Assembly (NCBI GenBank): GCA_036834845.1
Contig: DAITNB010000007.1
Span: forward strand, 28,248-92,247
Reading direction: 5' to 3'
Origin: a bacterium
GTDB lineage: Bacteria > Bacteroidota > Ignavibacteria > Kapaibacteriales > Kapaibacteriaceae
DNA length: 64,000 nucleotides
The number at the start of each line of letters is the position of its first letter. The first letter of the stretch is position 1. The notes beneath the pieces were generated by a model. The model saw only the letters and a program-made list of their open reading frames with translations, was not told the origin of the DNA and ran no database searches. Of this stretch, positions 19,172 through 28,680 are shown piece after piece. The position numbers were made by a program, and so were the translations under genes.

Positions 19172-21304
19172 ATGGCACGCGCAAAACCTACCCTATTCGA
19201 TCAGATACGCGAAGACGATCGTACTTCCGCCGACGAGAAAGGACTGGCTACATCTCCTGTAGTGCGCGTACTCATACTCGTAAGCGCCACCCTTGGTGTA
19301 ATGGCGTTCTTGCCGGGTCGCCTTGGCGACATGCAACGATCAGCAATAGACAGGTCGCGCATTGGAACAACGTGGACGGAAGAATCTGTTGTTGCAGAAT
19401 ATCCGTTCCCTGTGCCGAAGGACCCCGATGCTATCAGCCGAGAACGCAGGCGTGTCGAAGAACGAACGCCTGCAGTGTTTCGAAGAAACGTGGGCGCAAA
19501 GGAGCAAGCTACCACGAAACTTATGGAGGAGCTGCGGCAAGCGGACCCTCAGATGGCCAGCACGTTATCCGTGCGTGGCAAAGAGATATTGCGCAATCTG
19601 TACACCTCCGAGATCATCAACGCAAATCGATCTGTGTTGCCGGAGGGCATTCTAATCGAAGTGGCGAGCCCTTCTGAAGAACGAATTCATTCACTCTCAG
19701 ACATTACAGACTCCGCCTCTGCAAAGAGCGCAATAGAGTCCACTTTTGCAGACCTAACACCACCTCAACGCGCACTGGTGGCAGAGGCAGTTCAGCGTTG
19801 TATTGTACCCACATTGCATATAGACGCCGCTGCATGGGCAGAGGCAAAGTTGCGCGCCGCGCAGGGTGTGGCAGTGGACGCAGAAATTGTACAAAGGGGC
19901 GATGTGGTTGTCCGCAAGGGTCAGCGAGTAGACGAGTCAATCCTTGCCAGGTTAGCCGCATACCGCTTCGGAGAGTACCTGCGCTCTACAACCCAGTTTT
20001 CGCTCTTAGTGGTTCTTGGAGCGTTTGGTCATGCCTTTGTGCTGATTAGCATGGTGGCGTTGTACCTATTCTACGTGCGGAGGTCGTCATTCGATCGTAA
20101 TGGCCAGCTCGCAACACTTGTGGCCCTTCCTCTTGTTAGCGCAGGTTTGGGTTGGGCCTCGATGAGTATTCCCACAGACCTCCCGTTGGAATACGTGATT
20201 GTTGTTCCCGGCATGGCCATGTTAGTGTCTATTCTCTACGACGTGCGCACAGCAATTGTGGTTACTCTGGCCTGCTCGTTAGCTGTGGCTGCCTCGCGAG
20301 GCAACGATCATGTTATTGCCGTAGTGCTTATTGCCGGCGGTGCTATGGCATCGTACAGTGCTACAAATCTTCGCTCTCGCACACAGGTCTTCACGTCTAT
20401 TCTCTCTATCGCTATCGGATTGGCCGTTGTAACACTGTCTGTGGAATTCGAGCGAGATACGCCGTTGCTGACTATTGTAATGCAGCTGGGAGCGGTAGCC
20501 GTTAATTCTGTGCTCAGCCCCCTACTCGCCTTTGGCATTATCATCATAATGGAACGGACGCTGAATGTTGCCACCGACTTGCGCCTCGAAGACTTCGATG
20601 ATATCAACCACCCATTGCTACAACAGCTTAACGAGCGTGCTCCGGGAACGTATCAGCATACCATGGCCGTTGTGCGCCTAAGCGAAACAGCCGCGGCCTC
20701 GATTGGTGCAAATGCATTGTTAGCCCGTGTTGGAGCGCTCTACCACGACATAGGAAAGATTGAAAAGTCGGAGTACTTTATCGAGAATCAGATAGACATC
20801 GACAATAAACACGACCACATCTCGCCAAAGAAGAGCGCAGCCATCATTCGCCAACATGTGCAGGACGGCATTGAGTTGGCAAAAGAGTATCGCTTGCCTG
20901 ATAGAATCTGGAAGTTCATTCCGATGCATCATGGAACCATTCTCATCCGCCACTTCTACGCAAAGGCAATAGACGAAGCCGTAGAGAAGGACCTCTTAGT
21001 AGATGAGCAAGACTTTCGGTATCCCGGACCACGTCCGGATTCCAAAGAAACCGGCATTGTGATGCTTGCCGATGCTGCAGAAGCACTTAGTAGACTTGTA
21101 GACACATCGAACAGAGAAGCCATAGAGCGCGCCGTTGCAGACATTGTAATTGAACGTACTCGCGACGGTCAGTTAAGCGAAACCCCACTTACACTGAGCG
21201 ACCTCGACGCAATCCAAGAGTCGTTTGTAAAGAGTTTGCTTGGAGCGTCGCACCAGCGAGTGCGCTACAAGGAGATCTCTCAGCCCGACGCCCCCGATGC
21301 ATGA
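19172..21304 (+). CDS. pgpH: 7TM-receptor HD-domain phosphohydrolase (PgpH/YqfF family, putative cyclic-di-AMP phosphodiesterase)
   Basis: 710 aa: an extracytoplasmic N-domain, seven predicted TM helices, then an HD domain (HTMAV...ALYHDIGKIE...MHHG). Confidence 0.8.
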   Translation: MARAKPTLFDQIREDDRTSADEKGLATSPVVRVLILVSATLGVMAFLPGRLGDMQRSAIDRSRIGTTWTEESVVAEYPFPVPKDPDAISRERRRVEERTPAVFRRNVGAKEQATTKLMEELRQADPQMASTLSVRGKEILRNLYTSEIINANRSVLPEGILIEVASPSEERIHSLSDITDSASAKSAIESTFADLTPPQRALVAEAVQRCIVPTLHIDAAAWAEAKLRAAQGVAVDAEIVQRGDVVVRKGQRVDESILARLAAYRFGEYLRSTTQFSLLVVLGAFGHAFVLISMVALYLFYVRRSSFDRNGQLATLVALPLVSAGLGWASMSIPTDLPLEYVIVVPGMAMLVSILYDVRTAIVVTLACSLAVAASRGNDHVIAVVLIAGGAMASYSATNLRSRTQVFTSILSIAIGLAVVTLSVEFERDTPLLTIVMQLGAVAVNSVLSPLLAFGIIIIMERTLNVATDLRLEDFDDINHPLLQQLNERAPGTYQHTMAVVRLSETAAASIGANALLARVGALYHDIGKIEKSEYFIENQIDIDNKHDHISPKKSAAIIRQHVQDGIELAKEYRLPDRIWKFIPMHHGTILIRHFYAKAIDEAVEKDLLVDEQDFRYPGPRPDSKETGIVMLADAAEALSRLVDTSNREAIERAVADIVIERTRDGQLSETPLTLSDLDAIQESFVKSLLGASHQRVRYKEISQPDAPDA

Positions 21305-22221
21305 GCCAACCTGGTGCCCCGTTCGAGCGGCACATACGTGCCTTCATGTCCTACATTCGGTTGGAGAGGGGGCTTGCAGCCACCACATTGGATGCCTACG
21401 AACACGACGTGCGCCGATATGCCGAGCATCTTCAGTCTAAGTCTGTGGAAGAGTTCGGCGCAGTTACCCTCGCAGAGTGCAGGTCCTTCTTCGAGGCACT
21501 CGCAACAGTAGGTCTTGGACCCTCATCTCGCGCCCGATACCTGTCTTCTATCAAGCATCTTCATCGCTTTCTACTCAGCTCGGGGTTGGCAACAAGAGAC
21601 ATTACAGAGGCCATGGAGCTGCCCCGCATGGGACGCACCCTACCAGAGAACCTGTCTGTTGCCGAGATTACTGCGTTTCTCGAAGCCATCGATCACTCCA
21701 CAAACTCCGGCGTGCGAAACAGGGCATTGTTCGAAACGATGTATGCGTGTGGCTTGCGTGTAAGCGAGGTTACAACACTCCGGCAACGCGACGTAATGAA
21801 GGATGTTGAGCTTGTGCGCATTTTTGGCAAGGGATCGAAGGAGCGAATTGTTCCAATCGGTTCTGTAGCCATCGAGTGGATTACACGGTATCAAGAACAC
21901 GCACGAGGCAGCTTTATTCGTACATCAGAAACAGACGACGTACTCTTCCTCTCATCGCGTGGTAAGGGACTGTCTCGCATGTCTGTTTGGAAAAGTATGC
22001 AGCACATAGCTTCGGCGGCCGGACTCGAGAAACACGTACACCCACATCTATTCCGTCATTCGTTTGCAACGCATCTGTTAGAAGGTGGTGCAGACCTCCG
22101 TGCGGTTCAGGAAATGTTGGGTCACGCCGATATTGCCACCACACAAATCTACACGCACATCGATCGCGAATATGTGCGCGAAGTTCACTCGTTATTCCAT
22201 CCCCGTTCTCGCAGGATATAA
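21301..22221 (+). CDS. xerD: tyrosine site-specific recombinase XerD/XerC type
   Basis: N-terminal SAM-like domain, catalytic GLRVSE...LFRHSFATHLLEGGADLRAVQEMLGHADIATTQIYTH. ATGA overlap with the upstream gene. No mobile-element context. Confidence 0.8.
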   Translation: MSQPGAPFERHIRAFMSYIRLERGLAATTLDAYEHDVRRYAEHLQSKSVEEFGAVTLAECRSFFEALATVGLGPSSRARYLSSIKHLHRFLLSSGLATRDITEAMELPRMGRTLPENLSVAEITAFLEAIDHSTNSGVRNRALFETMYACGLRVSEVTTLRQRDVMKDVELVRIFGKGSKERIVPIGSVAIEWITRYQEHARGSFIRTSETDDVLFLSSRGKGLSRMSVWKSMQHIASAAGLEKHVHPHLFRHSFATHLLEGGADLRAVQEMLGHADIATTQIYTHIDREYVREVHSLFHPRSRRI

Positions 22222-22225
22222 CGCA

Positions 22226-23467
22226 ATGCTCCTACACCGTGGACTCGCATTCTGCCTTCACCTTGTTTGTGCAGTGTTGCTTGCTAAGGGGCAGGTACTC
22301 TTCGGTATAGACCAACTAGAGCAAAGCAAGTTTGCGCTCCTGAGCAATAAGCGTGTTGTGTTAGTTACGCACGCTGCGGCTCGTGCGGTGAATGGAATGT
22401 CTACCCTAGAGGTGTTCGCCTCTGCGCAGAATGTAACCATCGTGCGGTTGCTTACGCCAGAGCATGGGTTCTATGGTGTTGTTGCGGCTGGTAAAAGCGT
22501 TCCCGACGATACTGTTGCCGGCATACCTGCTGTTTCACTTTATGGACCTCGCCGGCGGCCAGACAAAACTTTACTCGAGAATGCAGACGTAGTGGTTGTA
22601 GACCTGCAGGATATTGGTATTCGCTCCTACACCTATGTTAGCACGATGATTGAAGTAATGGAGGCCTGTGCCAAATATAATGTACCACTTGTTGTTCTCG
22701 ACCGCGCCAATCCACTAGGTGGACAGGTTGTAGACGGGAATGTGCCAGACGATACGGTACGCTCGTTCATCAGCCGAATACCTGTGCCCTACATTCATGG
22801 GATGACGTTGGGCGAAATAGCAACCATGGCAAACGGCGAGGGCTGGTTGGAACCGGATGCGAGAGGAACACCGAGAAAGTGTTCACTTACGGTGGTGCGC
22901 TGTGCTGCACTTACGCGGAGCATGGTATGGGCAGATCTCCGTCGCACGTGGTATCCTACAAGTCCCAATATTCCCACGCTGGCCGCCGTGCGAGGATGCG
23001 CTCTAACAGGATTGTTGGGCGAGATTGGAGTATGCAGCATTGGCATGGGAACGGCAACACCTTTTACGGCGTTGGGTACGCCGGACTTTGGTGTAGACAC
23101 CCTTCTGGTTACCCAGCTGCTCAACAATGGTGTGATAGCGGCTGAATGCCGGTTCCGTCCGCTTACCGGCAAATGGGCCAATACTGTGTGTAGTGGATAC
23201 TACCTCGACTCTCGCTCAGACTGGCAGCCTTACAGAGCAGCTCTCACAATACTCTGGAGATTGCGCAATCGGTTTCCTACTGCGTTTACCAATGCTCTCA
23301 ACGACAGATCAACACGCACGATGTTCCTAAAGGCATGCGGAAGCCAGAGCATAATCACTGGCTTGCTACGTGGCGCGTCGTTAACCTCCATTCAAACATC
23401 CGGAACACGTGGACTAGAGGATTTTCGAAAGGTCCGGCTTCCGTATCTGCTCTATCCCAACAACTAA
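22226..23467 (+). CDS. DUF1343 family protein (NamZ-like exo-beta-N-acetylmuramidase)
   Basis: GIDQL...LLSNKRVVLVTHAAA, LLTPEHGFYG, VVDLQDIGIRSYTYVSTM. Start at the ATG just after the xerD stop. Confidence 0.75.
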   Translation: MLLHRGLAFCLHLVCAVLLAKGQVLFGIDQLEQSKFALLSNKRVVLVTHAAARAVNGMSTLEVFASAQNVTIVRLLTPEHGFYGVVAAGKSVPDDTVAGIPAVSLYGPRRRPDKTLLENADVVVVDLQDIGIRSYTYVSTMIEVMEACAKYNVPLVVLDRANPLGGQVVDGNVPDDTVRSFISRIPVPYIHGMTLGEIATMANGEGWLEPDARGTPRKCSLTVVRCAALTRSMVWADLRRTWYPTSPNIPTLAAVRGCALTGLLGEIGVCSIGMGTATPFTALGTPDFGVDTLLVTQLLNNGVIAAECRFRPLTGKWANTVCSGYYLDSRSDWQPYRAALTILWRLRNRFPTAFTNALNDRSTRTMFLKACGSQSIITGLLRGASLTSIQTSGTRGLEDFRKVRLPYLLYPNN

Positions 23468-24972
23468 CGTGGCGAGCGAAGAATAAGCGATAATCGCACG
23501 AGTGCTATCCCAAGGCCAACCCTGCGTGAAAGCGGATCGACTCCTTCGAAGAAAACATGATCGTTAGAAACTACCATACCCGCAGAGCCCCCTCCATCGA
23601 GATTCATGGCTTGATATGCCCCAAGTAACTGCATTATCTGTGCGGTTTGTTGCAGAGTAGCTCCATAGGTACCCTTGTCTGGTCGGTCTGCTGGAATGGC
23701 GGCTATTATTATTCGATTGCCACTTCGATCTACTCCAAGAGCCGTGCGTGCCAGTCCATCAAAGATGAAACGTCTGCCGGTGCTACCCTCAAACTGTGCT
23801 TCGTGTTTCGCTACGCCATTACGCACAAGTCTTGGCGTTCCACACACAGCGTTCATAAAACGCACAGTGTTGTGCCTATCGGTGCTGTAGGCCAACGTAA
23901 TAGTGTCTCCCGGACCCGGCAGAATAGAAGACAGTCGGTCTCGAGGGATACTCAGTACAGCCCCACGTAATGGCATATCCACTGCGCCCGTATCCACAGA
24001 GAGGACAAGGCACGGAAGAGGTGTGTTGACAGAAGGTGATCGTAGATAACGAACCCGGATCTTAACGGTTGGATACTCTGCGTTTGCTTCGCGTTGAGCC
24101 CGTGCTATCTCGGCTCGAAGAAGATCTTTTGTGAGCTCAATTTCCGTAGAATCCCGATCTCGGAAAACGGAGTCCTTAACTGCGTCGTGAAAATCGCGCT
24201 CAACTTCTTTGGCAGATACATGGGGTATAACCTTTCCACCAAACGAGTTGTATACAACCATTCCACTGTCTGACCTGCGGTTAACAGACGTAACAGTGTA
24301 TGATGAACCCTTCATAACAACGCTTGCAGACAGCCGAAACGTATCGATGTATGTCTGCCCCTTAACATCGAAGAACGCCGATGTCCACCGTTTGTACGGG
24401 TTCATCTCTACAACCTCGCCATCCACCACGCACGGGCCAATCATGGTGTTTCGTACTGCACGCCAGAAGTTTCCATTTACAATAGCATAGAGGGTATGAC
24501 CAGATGTACTATCGTAACGACGATACATTTCGCTGAGTCTCTCTAGTCCATTAGCATGATCCTCGCCTTTTACCAGCCGCAGAGCATTTCCCGCAACGGA
24601 GCGATCCATCGATATTGCATGAACCATGATGGGACGCGTACCATCGGAACGATACGCCGTGTAACGAACGCCATCTCCGAGTTCTCGCTCAACCACTGCG
24701 TGGAGTGAAGTCATCGGAACGACCCGGGCCTTCTTTGTTCTCTTCGACCTCTTCGACTTGCCGGACCGAGGAGAGACGCGCGCTTTTGACTTCTTCTTTT
24801 GTTTCGTTTTCTGGGCAACCACTGCAGCCGGAACCAGCATCGAATGAGTGTGAACGCGTAGCGGAACATTTGTACCGCTTCGGCCCCCCGTGCTAATACA
24901 CAGCAGCAAGACGCAGAAAATGACCCAGAATCGTACTTTCGGGAGTCGATATGGAATTAGTGTATTTCTCAA
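23464..24972 (-). CDS. phosphodiester glycosidase family protein (DUF2233), secreted
   Basis: Hydrophobic leader, a Lys/Ser-rich linker, and a C-terminal RTALGVDRSGN...AMNLDGGGSAGMVV motif. The start is uncertain; the only candidate is the TTG at 24972. Confidence 0.7.
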   Translation of the reverse strand: MRNTLIPYRLPKVRFWVIFCVLLLCISTGGRSGTNVPLRVHTHSMLVPAAVVAQKTKQKKKSKARVSPRSGKSKRSKRTKKARVVPMTSLHAVVERELGDGVRYTAYRSDGTRPIMVHAISMDRSVAGNALRLVKGEDHANGLERLSEMYRRYDSTSGHTLYAIVNGNFWRAVRNTMIGPCVVDGEVVEMNPYKRWTSAFFDVKGQTYIDTFRLSASVVMKGSSYTVTSVNRRSDSGMVVYNSFGGKVIPHVSAKEVERDFHDAVKDSVFRDRDSTEIELTKDLLRAEIARAQREANAEYPTVKIRVRYLRSPSVNTPLPCLVLSVDTGAVDMPLRGAVLSIPRDRLSSILPGPGDTITLAYSTDRHNTVRFMNAVCGTPRLVRNGVAKHEAQFEGSTGRRFIFDGLARTALGVDRSGNRIIIAAIPADRPDKGTYGATLQQTAQIMQLLGAYQAMNLDGGGSAGMVVSNDHVFFEGVDPLSRRVGLGIALVRLSLILRSPR

Positions 24973-25054
24973 CAGACCGAAAAGTTAGGTCGTATGGGTG
25001 GAGCCAACAACACCAGTTATGCACATGGACGCTGTGAGTTGTAGATTCGCACCC

Positions 25055-25834
25055 ATGAGCAACACCATCCTCCTTAGCCGTACCAACGGCGTTGCGGTTC
25101 TAACTCTGAACCGACCGGACAAGCTAAACGCGTTAAATCACGAGCTCTTAGAGTCCTTAGAAGCCCATCTGCGGTCAGTTATAGAAGACCCCGACGTGCG
25201 CGTTATTGTGCTTACCGGGTCTGGCCCGAAGGCTTTCGCCGCCGGCGCAGACATAGCCGAATTGCACTCCCAGGATGCCTACCAGGGCAGACTTTTTGCA
25301 GAATTCGGACAGCGGGTGTTTTCCCTGCTCGAACATGGCGGTAAACCAACCATCGCGGCCGTGAATGGATTTGCGTTAGGGGGCGGGTGCGAGTTAGCAA
25401 TGGCATGCGCCATGAGATTTGCCGCCGAGAACGCCAAGTTTGGTCAACCCGAAATTAATCTGGGTATCATTCCCGGGTATGGTGGAACGCAGCGTCTGCC
25501 CAGACTCGTGGGCAAGGCAAAGGCGTTAGAGCTCATTCTCTCGGGCGAAATGATAGCCGCCGAGAGTGCCCAACAGCTTGGTCTTGTAAACAGAGTGTAC
25601 ACAGCCGAAGAGCTCCTACCGTCCACGATTACTTTTGCCGAGTCTTTAGCCGCGAAGGCCCCACTTGCGCTATCGGCCTGTCTCGAAGCCGTGCAGATTT
25701 CCGAAGAGACATCGGTTTTTGCCGGCCTTCATGCAGAGGCAAATTTGTTCGGAAGAATTTGCGGCTCGGACGATTTCAAAGAAGGCACCCGTGCATTCCT
25801 TGAAAAACGCCAGGCAAACTTTACCGGACGATAA
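25055..25834 (+). CDS. enoyl-CoA hydratase (crotonase family)
   Basis: LTLNRPDKLNAL, AFAAGADI, ALGGGCELAMACAMRFAA, QPEINLGIIPGYGGTQR, EGTRAFLEKRQANFTG. Confidence 0.9.
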   Translation: MSNTILLSRTNGVAVLTLNRPDKLNALNHELLESLEAHLRSVIEDPDVRVIVLTGSGPKAFAAGADIAELHSQDAYQGRLFAEFGQRVFSLLEHGGKPTIAAVNGFALGGGCELAMACAMRFAAENAKFGQPEINLGIIPGYGGTQRLPRLVGKAKALELILSGEMIAAESAQQLGLVNRVYTAEELLPSTITFAESLAAKAPLALSACLEAVQISEETSVFAGLHAEANLFGRICGSDDFKEGTRAFLEKRQANFTGR

Positions 25835-25839
25835 TCAGC

Positions 25840-27093
25840 GTGCAGGTTTCACGAACGCTCCTGTTCTACAGTTACTGTGTTGCGCCATTTGTGAGAACTG
25901 TGGCTGCCGTACTGTCTGTAGCCAACCCCAAACTTCGGGAGCGTATCTCTTCATTCCCTGGCGCATTAGCATCTATCCCGCCGCGAACGCAAGGCGTCCA
26001 ACGTGTTCTCTTCCACGCCGCGTCCATGGGCGAGGTGGAACAATGCATCCCGGTAATAGAGCGCTTAAAAACGCTTCGCCCTCATGCGGAGTGCGTGGTA
26101 AGCTGCTCCTCCCCATCGGGATATCATCATGCGAAGTGCATACCCGCCATTGATGCGGCTGTGTATGCCCCACTTGAGGGAATCCGGGAGACAAAGCAGT
26201 TCTTCTCTTTGCTGCATCCAGACATTGTGGTGATAAACAGGTATGACGTGTGGCCCGCATTTGTTGCTTCGGCCGCACGGAAGGCCATTCCCATTCTGCT
26301 CATGAATGGCACTATGCCCTCGGCCGCGCGCGGCCTTGGTAAGCTGCTTACGCGCGCATCTTATGCGTGCATATCGCACATTGTGGCAGCTACCCCGAAC
26401 GATGCAACAGAACTGGGACGTCTTGTTTCTCGACCCATAGCCACTGAACCCGACACACGCATAGACAGAGTGCTCGACCGTGTTTCGATGCCCCGTGAAG
26501 ATTTCTCACACTTACAGCAACCCAATATCATCACAATTGTGGTAGGCAGTAGCTGGCAATCCGACGAAGAACTTGTGTTTACTGCGCTGCAAAAAGTGAA
26601 CAACCCTTCGGCGTTTCGTTTGATAGTGGTTCCGCATGAACCAACAGAAGAAACCTTAGAGCGAATTGAGTCGAAGCTGCGTGTGGTGCGTCTTTCGCAA
26701 GCAACCTCTGACACGCAGGGGCACATCCTTGTGGACAGAATCGGCGTTTTGGTAGAACTCTATCAGCTTGGTCAGGCGGCCTTTGTGGGAGGGGGCTTTG
26801 GTGTTGGCGTACACTCCCTTACAGAGCCGGCTGCGTTCAACTTGCCCCTTGCCTGTGGACCGAACATATCACGGTCGCGGGACGCCACGGCTCTTGTGGA
26901 GAGCGGCGTGTGCACGGTGGTTCGAACGCGCGATGACGTTGTATCGTGGATGCGGAACACGGTTGCAGATACTACAAGTCGCAATCAAACAGTACAGGCA
27001 GCACGGAACTATGTCACATCACGAAGCGGATCGGCATCTGTGTACGCCGGCTGGATACACCGCGTACTTAGTGAACAACCACAACATTCGTAG
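25840..27093 (+). CDS. waaA: 3-deoxy-D-manno-octulosonic acid (Kdo) transferase
   Basis: LFHAASMGEVEQCIPVIERLK motif and a GT30-like C-terminal half (VPHEP...AFVGGGF). GTG start. Confidence 0.8.
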   Translation: MQVSRTLLFYSYCVAPFVRTVAAVLSVANPKLRERISSFPGALASIPPRTQGVQRVLFHAASMGEVEQCIPVIERLKTLRPHAECVVSCSSPSGYHHAKCIPAIDAAVYAPLEGIRETKQFFSLLHPDIVVINRYDVWPAFVASAARKAIPILLMNGTMPSAARGLGKLLTRASYACISHIVAATPNDATELGRLVSRPIATEPDTRIDRVLDRVSMPREDFSHLQQPNIITIVVGSSWQSDEELVFTALQKVNNPSAFRLIVVPHEPTEETLERIESKLRVVRLSQATSDTQGHILVDRIGVLVELYQLGQAAFVGGGFGVGVHSLTEPAAFNLPLACGPNISRSRDATALVESGVCTVVRTRDDVVSWMRNTVADTTSRNQTVQAARNYVTSRSGSASVYAGWIHRVLSEQPQHS

Positions 27094-28597
27094 GTGCACT
27101 GTAACCGGGCACATGTAGTGTATACATGCCGCTTGGCAGGTTTCGAGTGTCGATGGTTACTGATCTGTGTTCCAATGGAACATCTATCACCACGTTTCCA
27201 AGCGCAGACACCATGCGAATTCGTCCAAGAGAAGGGCCACACTCAATAGTGATGTTCTCGTTCGCAGGATTCGGATATACAACAGGTTGCACTTCGGTTG
27301 TTCCACGTACAGAAGCAACACCTTTAGGCGGTGTAAGCTTTAGTATCATCTGTTTGCCTTCGTCTACCGACACAAAAACACTTCCATCGGCAGATACGGC
27401 CAATCCAACTGGTCTACCCCAGCGAGTGGCTACATTCGTTGTGTCGTTTATAAACCCTGTGCAAAAATCGCGCACAACGTTGGCAATAGTATCGGCATCG
27501 TTGTCGAACTCTAAGAACACAATCTTCGCACCGCTTAGAGGATTCCTGTTCCACGATCCGCGCATGGCCATAAAGGCTCCATACCTATGCTCTTCTATGG
27601 GGGTGAAGTCTGTAAACACAAGAGCCATTGGAGCACAGTGCGACGTTACAAGTGCGGCGGGTGGCACCATACTTTGTACAAGCATCGAATCGGCGCGAGT
27701 TATAGGAAGAAGATCCTGGTAATCGCCTGTAAAGGTAAAATAGCGCTGGTAATGATACGCGTACGGATAACCATAGAATCCACCGTCTCGCACAATGTCT
27801 ACCCACTCTGGTGGAACATCGTTTCCTTGGTTATCACTGCCATTATTGTTCGCCCATATTGCTCCTGTGCGTGGATGCAATGTTAAACCAACGGCGTTGC
27901 GCACTCCTGTGGCTACAGTGTGTCGTCCGGAACCATCGAACTCGTACTCTTCGATTATTGCGCGATTTAACTCCCTATCGGCATTACCGCGCGAGCCAAC
28001 ACTTACAACAAACTTCCGCCGCAGAGTGTCTACAACCAATGTTCGTGTGCGATGATTGCCCCCTGTCTGATTGGGCTGCGATGATTTATCTACAACGGTT
28101 ACTCTGTTGTTGAAGACGTACGAGGACTTGTCTGACCGCCATAGTTTAACAATGCCTGCCTCTTGGCACACATACATCGTATCGCCCCAAAAACGTACGT
28201 CGTGACCATACGAAAAGCCGCCCGCTGCTACGATCATCGTATCGGCTATTCCATCACGATTAACATCCGGCAAAGCCAATACGTTGCCAGCATTCATGTT
28301 GGCAACAAAGAGCACGGAGTCGGGTCCCCAAGACATAAACCGCGGCTTGCCAAGGCGTGAACCAGCAAAGAACACCGATGCCGTCCAACCCTCCGGAACA
28401 TTCACCTTGTGGACAGAAGGATCGAGTGCAATAGACGAGTACTTGGAAGGCACAGAAATCGTAGCAGCACGAAGGTCGCCACTACTCTTTGGTGTCCATG
28501 GAATGGTCCCCGGTTCTTGCGCCCTAATGTGCTCCGGGTAAATGATGAAACACGAGAGTATACCAGCGAAGATCGCTTTGAAAGCAGTGGTATTCAT
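27068..28597 (-). CDS. PQQ-dependent (sorbosone/glucose type) sugar dehydrogenase beta-propeller with T9SS CTD
   Basis: Signal peptide; propeller motifs including GGFYGYPY and RPVGLAVSADGSVFVS; C-terminal VYPNPANENITIE...SGMYTLHV...VVVVH. Confidence 0.75.
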   Translation of the reverse strand: MNTTAFKAIFAGILSCFIIYPEHIRAQEPGTIPWTPKSSGDLRAATISVPSKYSSIALDPSVHKVNVPEGWTASVFFAGSRLGKPRFMSWGPDSVLFVANMNAGNVLALPDVNRDGIADTMIVAAGGFSYGHDVRFWGDTMYVCQEAGIVKLWRSDKSSYVFNNRVTVVDKSSQPNQTGGNHRTRTLVVDTLRRKFVVSVGSRGNADRELNRAIIEEYEFDGSGRHTVATGVRNAVGLTLHPRTGAIWANNNGSDNQGNDVPPEWVDIVRDGGFYGYPYAYHYQRYFTFTGDYQDLLPITRADSMLVQSMVPPAALVTSHCAPMALVFTDFTPIEEHRYGAFMAMRGSWNRNPLSGAKIVFLEFDNDADTIANVVRDFCTGFINDTTNVATRWGRPVGLAVSADGSVFVSVDEGKQMILKLTPPKGVASVRGTTEVQPVVYPNPANENITIECGPSLGRIRMVSALGNVVIDVPLEHRSVTIDTRNLPSGMYTLHVPGYSAPTNVVVVH

Positions 28598-28614
28598 AGG
28601 GTAGAAAATCTACG

Positions 28615-28660
28615 ACAAAAAAAGAAAAAGCCCCTTCTCGCATATGGCAAGAAGGGGCTT
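28615..28660 (-). terminator. rho-independent terminator downstream of the 1500-aa surface-protein gene
   Basis: On the minus strand: AAGCCCCTTCT-(11-nt loop)-AGAAGGGGCTT followed by TTTTCTTTTTTTGT, beginning 20 nt after the stop codon. Confidence 0.8.
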
Positions 28661-28680
28661 TATGATCGAAATTACTCGGC

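Noticed and set aside
21301-22221. Tyrosine recombinase as a marker of an integrated mobile element
   Set aside because: It has a XerD/XerC-type sequence and is translationally coupled to a housekeeping pgpH-like gene. It is flanked by peptidoglycan-recycling genes. I found no phage, transposase or conjugation genes, and no flanking direct repeats by eye.
22085-22225. Upstream extension of the DUF1343 ORF into xerD
   Set aside because: The extension overlaps the 3' end of xerD in another frame. A hydrophobic leader (MLLHRGLAFCLHLVCAVLLA) starts at the ATG at 22226, right after the xerD stop.
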